Positions 1-16,457 of a stretch of 64,000 bases of DNA are shown here, piece after piece. This DNA is from the human T2T-CHM13v2.0 reference genome, Homo sapiens: assembly GCF_009914755.1 (NCBI RefSeq), contig NC_060925.1. One strand, 5' to 3'. Under the pieces are notes generated by a model. That model saw nothing but the letters and a program-made list of their open reading frames with translations. It was not told where the DNA came from and searched no databases. Made by a program: the position numbers and the translations under genes. Positions within the stretch are counted from its first letter, which is position 1. Every line of letters starts with the position of its first letter.

Positions 1-371
1 TGAGCCAAGATAGTGCCATCGCACTCCAGCCTGGGCAACAGAGACTCCGTCTCAAAAAAATAAAAAGTAAATAACCTGCCAGGAGCTGTGGCTCACACCT
101 GTAATCCCAGTACTTTGAGAAGCCCAGGTGGGCAGATTGCTCAAGCTCAAGAGGTCAAGACGGGGATGAAAACCCATCTCTACAAAATACAAAAACAAAT
201 AGCCGGACATGGTGGTGCATGCCTGTGGTCCAAGCTACTTGGGAGGCTGAGATGGGAGAATTGCTTGAGCCCAGGGAGGTCAAGGCTGCAGTGAGCCATG
301 ATCATGCCACTGTACTCCAGCCTGGGTGACAGAGTGACAAGACCTTGTCTCAAAAAAAAAAAAAAAAAAAG
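1..371 (+). mobile_element. Alu 3' end (1-65) followed by a full-length AluJ-like element (78-371)
   Basis: Alu right-arm end GCACTCCAGCCTGGGCAACAGAG plus A tail, then a two-arm Alu with the J-type GAGCCCAGGGAGGTCAAGGCTGCAG and a poly(A) tail. Confidence 0.9.
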
Positions 372-551
372 TAAATAGCAGCAGGCAGAAAAAATCAGAA
401 GACAAGAATTCAGATTACTGCTGAGCTGGCAGGAAGTTGACCATTTTCCCCTCTTCAGTCCTCCTGCTGCTTGGCCCCAGCCATGGTACACTGGTAGAAG
501 ATGCATCACAGATAAGGGGAATGAAAGCCCAGATTTCTGGCAAGAGGACTA

Positions 552-824
<273 letters not shown>

Positions 825-925
825 TTAGGATAAATTCAAAGAAATCAATGCCAAGATACATCATAAGCAAACCTCTGAAAACAAAGAAAACATCTCTAAA
901 ACAATCAGAGAAAAGTGCCACAATG

Positions 926-1238
926 CAGGGTGCGGTGGCTCACGCCTGTAATCCCCGCACTTTGGGAGGCATAGGCGGGTGGATCACGAGATCAAGAGTT
1001 CAAAGCCAGCCTGGCCAACATGGTGAAACCCCGTCTCTCCCAAAAATACAAAAATTAGCCAAGCGTGGTGGTGCAGACCTGTAATCCCAGCTACTCAGGA
1101 GGCTAAGGCAGGAGAATTACTTGAACCGGGGAGGCAGAGGTTGCAGTGAGCCGAGATCATGCCATTGTACTCCAGTCTAGGTGACAGAGCAAGACTCCGT
1201 CTCAAAAAAAAAAAAAAAAAAAAAAAGAAAAAGAAAAA
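926..1238 (+). mobile_element. AluS (Sg/Sc-like) with TSD GAAAA(G/A)TGCCACAATGC
   Basis: Full dimer with GGATCACGAG deletion form; TSD at about 910-927 and 1233-1249. Confidence 0.92.
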
Positions 1239-1473
1239 TGCCACAATGCCCATAGAGAAAGAAAAATTGAAATGACTATGGATTTCTCATCAGAAACTAT
1301 GGAGGCCAAAAGGAAGTGGCACATTTTTTTTAATGCTGAAAAAACAGACCTGTCAACCCACAATTTTGCAGCCAGCAAAAATATTGTTCAGAAAGGAAGA
1401 TGAAATAAAGACATTCTCAATGGAAGGAAAACTAACATTCACTGCCAGCAGATCTCTCTAAAAAAATTGCTAG

Positions 1474-1786
<313 letters not shown>

Positions 1787-2072
1787 TCAGAAAGAAGAAA
1801 AACGGTATTTGGAAGGAAACTGGAAACATCAGAAATGAAAGAAACAGACATGGTAAATATCTAAATGAATACATTATTCTCCTGTTGAGCTTCTTAAAAC
1901 ATGTTGGTGACTGAAAGCAAAAATTGTAATATTTTCTAATGAGCTTTCATATATATATACACACACATATATGTAACATATAAGAGAAGTATAACAGAAA
2001 GAGGGAGAATAAAGGGACCTGTATGGTAGAGGGGAGGAGATAATAAAGATAGATGCATAAATTACTGAAACA

Positions 2073-2395
2073 GGTAGGGTGCAGTGGCTCACGCCTGTTA
2101 TCCCAGCACTTGGGGAGTCCATGGCAGGTGGATTGCTTGAGGCCAGATGTTCGAGACCAGTCTGACCAACATGGCAAAACTCCATGTCTAATAAAAATAC
2201 AAAAATTAGCCAGGCATGGTGGTGGGCTCCTGTCATCTCCTGTCATCTCAGGAAGCTGAAACATAAGAATTGCTTGAACCCAGGAAGCAGAGTTTGCAGT
2301 CAGCTGAGATCACACCACTGCCCTCCAGCATGGACAACAGAGTGAGATTCCATCTCAAAATAATAATAATAATATTAATTAATTAATTAATTAAT
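2073..2395 (+). mobile_element. AluS (Sz-like) with a (TAA)/(ATTA)n tail
   Basis: Full dimeric Alu; small internal duplication CTCCTGTCAT x2. Confidence 0.9.
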
Positions 2396-3001
2396 GAAAC
2401 AAAAATCAAGCAAATAAAGAGAAAAAGTTATTAAAATTATTTTTAACCTCTGAAGAGGGTAATTTAAAAACACCTCTAAAAAGAATAATGAAGAAAAAAT
2501 ATGAAAATTCACAATAAATAATAACACAAAAAGGAACTGATACCTATAAATACAGCAGAGATTAGACGGATAAGAGAGTACTTCAACAGCTTTGTGCTAA
2601 TAACATTGAAAATGTATACATTCTTAGAAAAATTGGTTTTTAAAACTGATTACAAAATAAAAAGAAATATGGATTAGGCCAGTAGTCTAAATTTTCTAGT
2701 AAAGAGAACACTAGGCCAAAACAGTTTACAGGAGAATCCTAATAAACTTAAGGAACAAAGAAATATTTTTAAAAATGTACCAAGAAATAGAAAATGAGGA
2801 ACAACTCAACAACTCCACGGTTATGAGGCCAGTGTGATTTTGACAACAAAACCTAAACAAGAAAAATTTGAGAATTTAAAATTCTAAGCCCATTTAATTC
2901 ATGAATAAATATGCAAAAACTCCCAAGCAAATATTAGCAAACCAAATCCAACCACATATTTTTTTTTCTTGCGATAGCATATTTTTTAAAAAATAAAACA
3001 A

Positions 3002-3347
<346 letters not shown>

Positions 3348-3465
3348 TCAAGACTGATTTTATATTTTAAAATCCACTGATATTAAATGTTAAAGGAGAA
3401 AAATCTTATTATCCTCTCCATAGATGCAGAAAAAGCATTTTATAAAATTCCACACCCATTTATGA

Positions 3466-3856
<391 letters not shown>

Positions 3857-3879
3857 TGATTAAAAAGACATCTATTTAA

Positions 3880-4503
3880 AACTTCTCAATTGTTTGGTTT
3901 CCCGTCTGGCATTTAAGGAGCTTGGAAGTCATCACCCCATCCTAACAACAAGTGAAAAGCTGAACAGACTGAAAAATCAACAACTCTTCTGAAGTCCATC
4001 AGAGAAGTGAGGTCACATGGCAAATCACTGTCCCCAGAGTTGAAGAGACAGATATGCAAATACAGAGAATCACAACCTACCAAACCAGAAACCCATGAGC
4101 AGAAACTTCCACAGAAACCAGTACCACAGCAGAGAAATCTAAGCTACAATCGACCGATTTCTGGGAGCTCTGTGTGGACTAGCCTAAGAGTTCAAAACTC
4201 CAAGGGGACCCAGTCATAGAGGAGGACCCACACTTTTATGACTTTGACCTCCTTGAGATTGACCAGGTTCTCACACTGAGACAGAAAAAAACCTACTCAT
4301 GGCAGTGGGGAGGAAAAGGAACCATTTTAAAATATGCTGGAGCATTCTGTTCTTCTTAACAAGGCCTGCCCTCAAGGGCTCCCGGGCGTGGTGGCAGGCG
4401 CCTGTAATCCCAGCTACTCGGTAGATTACTATATTACAATTCCTTCCAGCCAGTACATCGTGTCCAGCTATCAAGAAAAAGTACAAGTCATAGTAAAAGG
4501 CAA

Positions 4504-4553
<50 letters not shown>

Positions 4554-4636
4554 TTGGAAAGGCAAAGCAAGCATCAGAACCAGATTCAGATGACAGGGAC
4601 GGTGGAAATATCAGACCAGAAATTTTAAATAATTAA
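3880..4636 (+). mobile_element. L1M (L1M4/L1MB-type) 5'UTR and ORF1 start
   Basis: AAAAGCTGAACAGACTGAAAAATCAACAACTCTTC and AAGCATCAGAACCAGATTCAGAT are typical of old L1M 5' ends; continues at 7054. Confidence 0.75.
4509..4550. repeat. (CA)21 microsatellite
   Basis: Pure AC run. Confidence 0.95.
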
Positions 4637-4847
4637 GATTTTTTTTTTTTTTGAGACGAGTCTGGCTCTGTCACCCAGGCTGGAGGGCAGTGGCTCAATC
4701 TGGGCTCACTGTAGGCTCCACTTCCCAAGCTCAAGTGATCCTCCCACCTCAGCCTCCCAAGTAATTGGGATGACAGGCACATACCACCACGCCCAGCTAA
4801 TTTTTGTATTGTTTTGGGATTACAGGTGTGAGCCACTGCCACCAGCC
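4637..4847 (-). mobile_element. Chimeric antisense AluJ: right arm joined to 33 nt of an Alu 5' end
   Basis: Poly(T), right arm, AATTTTTGTATTGTTT then directly TGGGATTACAGGTGTGAGCC; most of the left arm is missing here. Confidence 0.85.
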
Positions 4848-5019
4848 CCTTTTATTTTTAACCTATATGTATCATTATATTTAAAATGGATTTCTTGTAG
4901 ACAACATATAGTTGGGTCTTGTTTTTTGATCCACTCTGACAATCTCTGTCTTTTACTTGAGGTATTTAGACCATTGATGCTTAAAGTTATTATGGATATA
5001 GTTGGGTCAATATCTATGA

Positions 5020-5317
<298 letters not shown>

Positions 5318-5465
5318 TAACATATCAGTTATAATCATTTTTTAAAGTTTTTTTTAGAGGTTGCCCTAGAATTTGCAGTGTACATTTAGAGCTAATCCAA
5401 GTCTTCTTTCAAATAACACCATGCCACTTCATGGGTAATGCTAGTGCTTTATAATAATAAAATAG

Positions 5466-5784
<319 letters not shown>

Positions 5785-5835
5785 TCATTCCTATCTCTTG
5801 TATTACTGTCTTCATTCATTTCATTTATTCATATG

Positions 5836-6190
5836 TGTTATGGACCAAATGTTTGTGTTCCCCCCAAATTCATATGTTGAAGCCCTAATCTCCAATGTGA
5901 TAATATTTGGAGATTGGGCCTTTGGCAAGTAATTAGGACTAGAGGAGGTCCAGAGGGCAGAGCTCTGGTCTAATGGTATTGCTACCCTTATATGAAGAGA
6001 CAACAGAGAGCTTTCTTTTGTTTTGTCTGCCATGTGAGGACAGAGTGAGGAGAGCCAGGTTGAGGGCCCTCTCCAGAACCTGAGCACACTGGCACCTTGA
6101 TCTCAGACTTCCAGGCTCCAGAACTGAGAGAAAATAAATTCTATCGTTTAAACCTCTGTCTATGGTATTTTATTATGACAGCAGACAGAG
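5836..6190 (+). mobile_element. MaLR solo LTR (MLT1A/MST-like)
   Basis: TGTTATGGACCAAATGTTTGTGTTCCCCCCAAATTCATATGTTGAAGCCCTAA...GACTTCCAGGCTCCAGAACTGAGAGAAAATAAATT...GTCTATGGTATTTT. Confidence 0.85.
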
Positions 6191-6419
6191 CCATTATTAT
6201 TTTAAACAAACTTTTAACTGTTAGATCAATTATGAATAAGAAAAATAAAAATTTTTATCTTACTTTCACTTTTTCCTTCTCCAATTCTCTTACTTTTTTG
6301 TAGATTCAACTTTCTAATCCATATCATTGTCTTTTTTTCTGAAGTATTTATCATTTCTTGCAAGGCAGGTCTACTGGCAACAAATTCGGTTAAGTTTTCC
6401 CTGTCTGAGAAAGTCTTTA

Positions 6420-6718
<299 letters not shown>

Positions 6719-6945
6719 AGTCTATTTTTTTCTTCGCTTTTGAAGAATAATTTCACAGGGCAGAACATTCTGGGCTGGTGTTTAGGGTTTTTTTTTTTTC
6801 TCAACACTTTAAGTATTTCACTCCATTCTCCTCTTCCTTACATGGTTTCTGAGGAGAAAGTAAATATGATTCTTATCTTTGCTCCTCATAAAGTGTTTTT
6901 TCCCTCTGGATTCTTTTAAGATTTATTTATTTTTTATTTCCTGTA

Positions 6946-7053
6946 GTTTCACCTGGTTGCCCAGGCTGGTCTTGAACTCCTGAGCTCAGGTGATCTGCCT
7001 GCCTCAGCCTCCCAAAGTGCTGGGATTACAGGTGTGAGCCATGGCACCCGGCC
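6946..7053 (-). mobile_element. Alu left arm, antisense (probable partner of the 4637 right arm)
   Basis: GTTTCACC...CCCAAAGTGCTGGGATTACAGGTGTGAGCC...CGGCC; TTAAATAATTA flanks the 4637-7053 interval on both sides. Confidence 0.85.
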
Positions 7054-7425
7054 AGTTAAATAATTATGAGTAACATGTTGAGAAATCTAATGGATAAAAC
7101 AGACAACATGGAAGAACAAATAGGCAGTGTAAGCACAGAGATAGATATTCTAAGGAAAAAAATCAAAAAGAAATGCTAGAGACTAAAAATACTGTAAGAG
7201 AAATGAAGAATTCCTTCAATGGACTCAACTGGGGAGAGACTGTCTGAGCTTGAGGATCTGACAACAAAAACTTCCAAAATGAAAAATCAAAGAGAGAGAA
7301 GACTGAAAAACAGAAGATTATCCTAGAACTGTTGTACAACTACAAAAGATGTAACAGACACATAATGGGAATACCAGAAGGAGAGGAAAGAGAGCAAAAA
7401 AAAAAAACAGAAGAAACATTCTTGA

Positions 7426-7713
7426 GGCTGGGCATGGTGGCTCACACCTATAATCCCAGTTCTTCAGGAGGCCGAGGCGGGCGTATCTTTTGAGCTCAGG
7501 AGTTCGACGCCAGCCTGGCCAACATGGTGAAATCCCATCTCCACAAAAAATACAAAAATTAGCCAGGTGTGGTGGCACGCCCTTGTAGTCCCAGCTACTC
7601 AGGAGGCTGAGGTAGGAGGATCACTTGATCCCAGAAGGCAGAGGTTGCAGCAAGCTCAGCCACCCCACCAAACTCCAGCCTCGGCAGCTGAGGAAACCCT
7701 GTCTCAAAAAAAA
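7426..7713 (+). mobile_element. AluJb-like
   Basis: Dimeric Alu; AGAAGAAACATT flanks both sides. Confidence 0.88.
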
Positions 7714-8537
7714 AGGAAGGAGAAGAAGGAGGAGAAGAAACATTTGAAGCAGTAATTACTGAGAATATTTCCCAAATTAATGTCAGACACAAAACCACAG
7801 ATCTAGGAAACTCAGAGAACACCAACCTGGATAAATACAAAAAAAAAAAAAAAACTATACTAGGTATATTGTATTGAAACTACAGGAAATCAATTAAACA
7901 AAGGGATGAAGAAAAATATACCATCCTAACACTAATCGAAAGAAAGCAGGGGTAGCTACATTAATGTCAGGCAGAGCAGATTTCAGAGCAAGGAAAGTTA
8001 TCAGGGATAAAGAGAAGCATTGCATGATGATAAAGGGGTCAGTTCTCCAAGAAAACATAATAATTCTTAATGTGTATGCACCTAACAACAGCATCAAAAT
8101 ATACGAGACAAAGACTGACAGAACTGCAGAGAGAAATAGATAAATCTACTATTATAGTTGGAGGTTTCAACACCTCCTATCGGAAATGGACAAACTCAGC
8201 AGGCAGAAAATCATAAGGGAATAGTGGAATTCAATAACACCATCCGTCATCTGGCTGTAATTGACATCGATCAACTACTTCATTCCAGCAACAACACAAT
8301 ACACATTCTTCTCAGGCTCACATGGAACATTCACCAAGATAGATCCCATCCTGGGCCATAAAACACACCTTAACAATTTTTTAAAAACAAAAGTTATAAA
8401 ACGTCTGCTCTCAGACTAAAATGGAATTTAACTAAAAACCAGTCATGGAAAGAAAGCTGGAAGTGTTCGAAATACTTGGAGATTAAATACTGCACTTTTA
8501 CATAACACACGGCTCAAAGAAGAAATCTCAAGAGATA

Positions 8538-8900
8538 TGGGGGTAGGGGGAGGAAGTTGGTTAAAAGATACAAAATTTCAGTTAGGCAGGAGAAATAAAT
8601 TCAAGAGACCTGTTGTACAACCTAGTGACTGTAGTTAATAACAATGTATCAAATTCTTGAAAATGTGAAGTAGATTGTAAGTGTTCTCACCAAAAAAATG
8701 ATAATTTTGTGAGGTCATATGTATGTTAATTAGCTCAATTTAGCCATTCTACTGTATGTATATAGTGGAATATACCTAGAAATATAATATATTGAAATAT
8801 ATATATAATATATATATTTCAAAATATATATTTCAAAACATCATGTTACACACAATAATACACACAATTTTATCACTTTAAAAAATTAAAATTCAATAAA
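8538..8900 (+). mobile_element. 5'-truncated L1MA 3' end inserted into the older L1
   Basis: GGTTAAAAGATACAAAATTTCAGTTAGGCAGGAGAAATAAATTCAAGAGACC...AATAAA; TSD AATCTCAAGAGA at about 8524 and 8903. Confidence 0.85.
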
Positions 8901-9129
8901 ATAATCTCAAGAGAAATAAAAATATTTTGAACTAAATGAAGATGAAAGTGTGAGTTATCAAATTTTGTGGGATGCAGCAAAAGCAGTGCATAGAGGAAGA
9001 TTTATAGCCTTGAATACATATATTAGAAAAGAAGAAAGATCTAAAATCAATAATCTAAGCTTCCTTTTTAGAAAACTAGAAAAAATAGCAAATTAATTCT
9101 GAAGTAAACAGAAGAAAAGAAATAATACA

Positions 9130-9422
9130 GTCAGGCAAGATGGCTCATCCCAGCACTATGGGAGGCCGAGGAAGGTGGATCACTTGAGGTCAGGAGTTCG
9201 AGACCAGCCTGGCCAACATGGCAAAATCCTGTCTCCACTAAAACTACAAAAAAATTAGCTGGGCTTGGTAGCGTGTGCCTACAGTCCCAGCTACTCAGGA
9301 GGCTGAGACAGGAGAATTGCTTGAACCCAGGAAGTGGAGGTTGCAGTGAGCCGAGATCTCACCACTGCAGCCCAGCCTGGGTGACAGAGTGAGACTCTGT
9401 CTCGAAAAAAAAAAAAAAAAAA
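9130..9422 (+). mobile_element. AluSz-like
   Basis: Dimeric Alu with a short 5' deletion. Confidence 0.9.
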
Positions 9423-9559
9423 TCAAAATGAATCATAGGCCTACATGTAAAGTGCACAAATGCACAACTATAAAATTCCTAGAAGATAACGTAGGAGAAA
9501 ACGTAGATGACCTTGGATTTGGTGATGACTTTTTAGATGCAACACTAAAGCCCCAGATG

Positions 9560-9926
<367 letters not shown>

Positions 9927-10117
9927 TTAACCCGTTCTACCAAGAAACACATACTATTCCAGAGTATACATAGAGAAGAAGCAGTCTCCAACCCCTTTTA
10001 TGAAACTATCATAGTCTTGATTGTGAAACCCAACAATAATATTATAAGAAAGGGAAGTTATAAGCTTCATCAGTGACCATACCAACAGAAATAATACATG
10101 GAAGTAGGATAATTTAA

Positions 10118-10240
10118 GTCAGGCACAGTGGCTTGCACCTGTAATCTCAGTTACTCAGGAGGCCAAGGCAGGAGGATTACTGGGGCCAGGAGTTTGAGAC
10201 CAGCCTGGTCAACATAGTGAGATCCCTGTCTCTAAAAAAA
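10118..10240 (+). mobile_element. FLAM monomer
   Basis: Single Alu monomer with A tail. Confidence 0.8.
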
Positions 10241-10761
10241 CAACATAAAAAATTGTAATGAAATAGGATAATTTGGAGAAGATTTATTTACAATGTGTGG
10301 TTGAAGGGGAACAACAAGAGATCTTGTTCTTGAGATAGGAACCAGGGAAGAGGAAGCTTACCAGACCTCAGAAGAAGAGAGAGTGGTTAGAGCCAGCAAC
10401 TCATGTCTCAAAAAATATAACCAGCCTGAAATGAACACAGTATCCTCCCTTCCTCCAGTCTCCTGCCAGGGTTCCCCACTGGCCTGATCCAGCTGTCAAC
10501 CAGAGGGTACAGGACCTCAGTGAAGAAATTCACATGGGCCAGCCCTGCTGGGCAGTGGGCAAGGTGGAGTAAGAGGAGCAAGCACATCTGGAAGGGCAAG
10601 GGAAGATCTCCAAATTGCAGGCCAAACTTGCTCATAAATTTAGACTGAAAATTCTTTTTTAAAAATTATCAAGTTAAATCTAGCAGTGTATAAAAAAGCT
10701 AATATGGAATAACCAAGACAGGTTACATTTTAAAATGCAAGTTTGCTTTAACTTTTGTTCT

Positions 10762-10793
<32 letters not shown>

Positions 10794-11078
10794 CAGATGG
10801 AGTTTCACTCTTGTTGCCCAGGCTGGAGTGGAGTGGCACAATCTCAGCTCACTGAAACCTCCACCTCCCGGGTTCAAGCAATTCTCCTGCGTTACCCTCC
10901 CAAGTAGCTAGAATTACAGGTGCCTGCCACCATGCCTGGCTAATTTTTTTAATAGTTTTAGTAGAGACAGGGTTTCACCATGTTGGCCAGGCTGGTTTTG
11001 AACTCCTGACCTCAAATGATCCACCAGCCTCAGCCTCCCAAAGTGCTAGGAATTCAGGCGTGAGCCACCACAGCCAGC
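10762..11078 (-). mobile_element. AluSq-like, antisense
   Basis: Poly(T) then GAGTTTCACTCTTGTTGCCCAGG; TGCTTTAACTTT on both flanks. Confidence 0.9.
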
Positions 11079-11079
11079 C

Positions 11080-11610
11080 TGCTTTAACTTTAAAAAAACA
11101 AATTAACTAAAAAAACAAATTTTTCTCCTTTAAAAAATTAAAGAAGAAAGAAATCTTGGTTATCCCTATAGATGTAGGAAAGATGTTTCCTAGGATTCAA
11201 TATCCATTCATGATTAGAAAAAAAAAATTAGTAAACTAGGAATAGAAAAATATTTTCCTTAACCTGATAAAGGAGATCTACAAAATAATAATAATAATAA
11301 TAAGCCTATAGCAAACATCAGAAACTGAAATGTTGAAGGCTTTCCCTCTGAGCCTTCAACAAGATGAGGATGCCTGATAACCCCACTCCTTTCAACATTA
11401 TGCTAAAGGTCTCACAGGATGTCAGACAATGGAATAAGGCAAGAAGAAGAAATAACAGGAGGTTTAGGAAGAGACAACCAGTTAATATTACAGGTGACAT
11501 AAGTCTACAAAGGAATTCCCCTAAATAATATACATATATTATTAACTTATTAGAGTTAATAAGAGTATAACAAGATTTCTGAACACAAAATCAGGATACA
11601 AGTCAGTTGT
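11080..11610 (+). mobile_element. Old L1M ORF2 (reverse-transcriptase region) remnant
   Basis: ATCCATTCATGATT...AAACTAGGAATAGA...CCTGATAAAGG...TTCAACATTATGCT. Confidence 0.7.
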
Positions 11611-11669
11611 GGCTGGGTGTGGTGGCTCACGCCTGTAATCCCAGCACTTTGAGAAAGGAAGAAACCAGC

Positions 11670-12010
11670 TTGTATACCAGGTGCCACAGACTGCGAGGCT
11701 TAATCTACACATTTCTGGAGGCTGGGATTCTGAGACCAAGGTGACTGCAGGGATGCCTCCTTCCGAGGACTTTCTCATTGGCTTGCAGATGGCCGCCTCC
11801 GTTCTGAGTCTTCACTTGATCTTCCCTCTGCGTGTGGCTGTTCTAATCTGGTCTTCTGAGATAGACACCAGTCATGTTGAATTAGGGTGTACCCTCATGG
11901 ACTCATTTTAATTTCATTCCCTCTTTAAGATCCTATCTCCAAATACACATTCTGAGGTGCTAGGCGTTAGGGCCTCAACTTATGAATTCCGGGGGCAGGA
12001 GGACAATACA
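11670..12010 (-). mobile_element. MaLR MLT1 LTR, antisense
   Basis: TTCTGGAGGCTGGGATTCTGAGACCAAGGTG...ATCTCCAAATACACATTCTGAGGTGCTAGG. Confidence 0.8.
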
Positions 12011-12529
12011 GCTCCTGACACCTGGGAGACCGTGGTATGAACTCAGCTGCCCTGGTCCAGGCTGGGGCTGGATTCCAGGAGAGGAGGTGGGTGTGGTCAT
12101 TTTTTCCCACTCACTGAGGTCTTGGTCTTCCATGGGCTTCTTTCTTTTGACTGTCCTCCAGCCGCCAGGTTGTTTCCCACACCAGGCCTGAGTTAGGGAC
12201 CGGACTCTCCATGGCCATGAGCATCCTTCTTTGCTTCTCTACACCCACCATTCCTGCAGAGGCCCCTCCTTTCTAGGAAGAGGGAACCTCTCCAGGTGCT
12301 GCCAATAGCTACAATGAGATTAGATGTGAATACAAGGGCCAACCTAGGGGAAAGGGGATACGATAGGGCATTGGAGAGGAGACTGGGAAGGAAAGTCCCG
12401 GGCTGGCTATGCATGGGCATGTGACCCCCAGTGCTTTATTTTTAGTGCCAACTTATAATATAACACCTTCTCCTCCTTACTTCCCACATCTCACACCATG
12501 CAGCCACCACCACAGCAGACAGCACAGTG

Positions 12530-12730
12530 CAATCGGAAGAGCACACACAGACTTGGGGCACACAGACCTGGTTTGACTCATGTCTCTGCCATTTACTAAC
12601 TGTGTGGTGTTGGCCAGGTTGCCAATTCTTTGGGGGACTTGTTTTCATTATATATGTAGAAGGGGACAGTAGTATCTACATTATGGTATCACTGGGAGGA
12701 TTACTTGAAATCATGCATGTAAAGTGCCTG
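12530..12730 (+). mobile_element. MIR
   Basis: AGACCTGGTTTGACTCATGTCTCTGCCATTTACTAACTGTGTG...ATGCATGTAAAGTGCCTGG. Confidence 0.7.
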
Positions 12731-12732
12731 GG

Positions 12733-13018
<286 letters not shown>

Positions 13019-13030
13019 GTGCCTGGGACC

Positions 13031-13745
<715 letters not shown>

Positions 13746-14249
13746 AACAGTCTTCAGGCTGATAATCCTAGAGAAAGCTTGGCCCCCAAGGCTGTCCCAA
13801 ATCTTCCCCAGTTCCCCCCAGGACTATCCATGTAAGAGAGACTTAGGCTCACTCATCTGAGCCAGTGACATTATGGACCCAAGAATCAAAAATAAGATGA
13901 GTTGGGAGTGAGTACGAGAAGACACAAATTTTCTTTCAAGTCATTGGTGCGGGTTTGGGAGTGGCAAAACGGGGGATGGAACTGTTTTAGTAAAGAAAAA
14001 AATAATCAAGCCATGCTGGTAGATCCCTAAACAATCTCGGCCTGTGATGACTTTGTCATTTTGAATGATATCTTTACTGATATTTGTCAGTTTCTTCTAT
14101 GAACTGCAGTTTTCACAGGTAACCCTGTGAACAAATGGGTTTCCTGTGAACCAGCACGCCCACATCTTTAGAATGTAGCCAGGTCTTCTGATTTTTCATT
14201 CCCTATTTTGGCAGTCAACAGACAGGCCACTTGTCTTCGCTGCTAAGGT

Positions 14250-14482
14250 GGAAGAAGTAGATAAAAGGATTTATTATCTGAACATTCCGGAACCTTCCAA
14301 ACAAATCTGTTTTTTATCCCCCTCTAAAAGCTGGGCCACATTTTGCAAGATGAGAAGTACATTTTCTTTCTAAACCAGCTTGTCCATCTCTGCTTGGTTT
14401 ACACAAGCATTGACTCCTTATTGAATGACGATCTACTAACCCACAGAGTAGGAGATTGCTATATCAGCACAGCAGTTGCACG
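14250..14482 (-). ncRNA. Candidate terminal exon of a minus-strand lncRNA
   Basis: Minus-strand acceptor AACTCAC-TTCATCCTCTGGATTTTCAG|C at 14483, AATAAA at 14275-14270, pyrimidine/U-rich sequence downstream; no transcript evidence available. Confidence 0.4.
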
Positions 14483-15159
14483 CTGAAAATCCAGAGGATG
14501 AAGTGAGTTTGCATCATTCATCACTAGCATTCCGTGGTCACGTTGCAGCATCTCCATCACCAGCCACCCACTGGCAGGTCCTTGGGCTGTGTGAGAAGGG
14601 GACGAGATCAGCGTCCAGGGTAGAGCCCAGAGGGAACCACAGGCAGCCCCTCTGCTCACAAGAGGGGCCCATGCTCCCCACAAATGAGGCACCCCGTGGC
14701 TGGGGCACCAGGCTCATCAGGCAGATTTCAGCCCTCACAGTTTGCACAGCCTTAGAGCCCACACAGCCCTGGACAGCATCAACCACTATGAACTCCACAG
14801 CAAAGGTAGCAGAGTGTTCAAAGTGATGCTTTGGGTTCCAAGCTACTTTCAATGGGACGGGAAATAGTCTAGAACCTGATCCACAACCTGTGAGCCTTCT
14901 CACCATCCCCACCAAAAAATATAAAGAGTGGGCCAGTTGAGAGACATGATTTTGAAGAGAAGATTGCCTGAGGGGTGTCTCTGTGGAGAAAGCTGTGCTT
15001 CCTGAAGGGAAGTGGGGGCCTCCCCTCACCTCAAATTCGTGGGTTTCCACAAAGCTTCTCAGAGAGCTCACCCTGGGATTCCCTCTCACTGATGGCAGAG
15101 AAGGCCAGAGCCCTTACCATCCAGGAAATCCAGACGGTGGGTGTCAGGCTGCAGGAGGC

Positions 15160-15635
15160 TGATGAAAGCCCCAACCGTGTCAGGCCTAACCCCTGGAGCC
15201 TATAAATGTGGCCTTATTTGGAAAGAGGGTCTTTGCCAATGTGATTAAATGAAGGATCTCTGGATGGGGAGATTATCCGGGATTAGCCCTAAATGAGATT
15301 ACATGAACCCTAAATGCAGTTAGCCATTTCCCTACAAGAGAGGGGTAAAGGGAGGTTTGCCCAATGCAGAGGAGACGGTGATGTGACGCAGAGGTGGGGA
15401 CTGAGTGATGCGGCCACAGGCCAAAGGTTGTCGGCAGACACCACGAGCCGGAATCAGCAAGCTGGGGATTCTCTCGACAGCCGCGGAAGGAGCAGGGCTG
15501 TGCCCACACCTTGATTTCAGCCCCCTGATCGTGGTTTTAGACTTCCGTCCTCCAGGACTGTGAAAGAATAAATTTCTGTGTTAAGCATCGTAATTTGTCG
15601 TAATTTGTTAGAGAACCACAGGGAACTAATGTACA
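15160..15635 (+). mobile_element. MLT1D-like LTR
   Basis: CCTTATTTGGAAAGAGGGTCTTTGC...GGAGATTATCCGGGATTA...CTGTGAAAGAATAAATTTCTG...AGGGAACTAATGTACA. Confidence 0.85.
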
Positions 15636-15660
15636 GGATGACTACTGCCTGCTTTTTAAA

Positions 15661-16005
<345 letters not shown>

Positions 16006-16038
16006 CCTGGTTTTTTTAAATAAATTTTTGTGTGTGTG

Positions 16039-16457
<419 letters not shown>

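Larger units (their letters stand above)
7054..9125 (+). mobile_element. L1M ORF1 middle (7054-7892) fused directly to ORF2 endonuclease region (7894-9125)
   Basis: ATGGGAATACCAGAAGGAGAGGAAAGAG (ORF1), then AAAGGGATGAAGAAAAATATACCAT...AATGTGTATGCACCTAACAAC...TGTGGGATGCAGCAAAAGCAGTG (ORF2). Confidence 0.88.

Noticed and set aside
14470-14530. SECIS-like or C/D-box-like ATGATG motif on the minus strand
   Set aside because: No convincing stem or partner box; better explained as a branch point plus acceptor
14538-15089. 183-aa minus-strand ORF
   Set aside because: No recognisable homology or coding-exon structure
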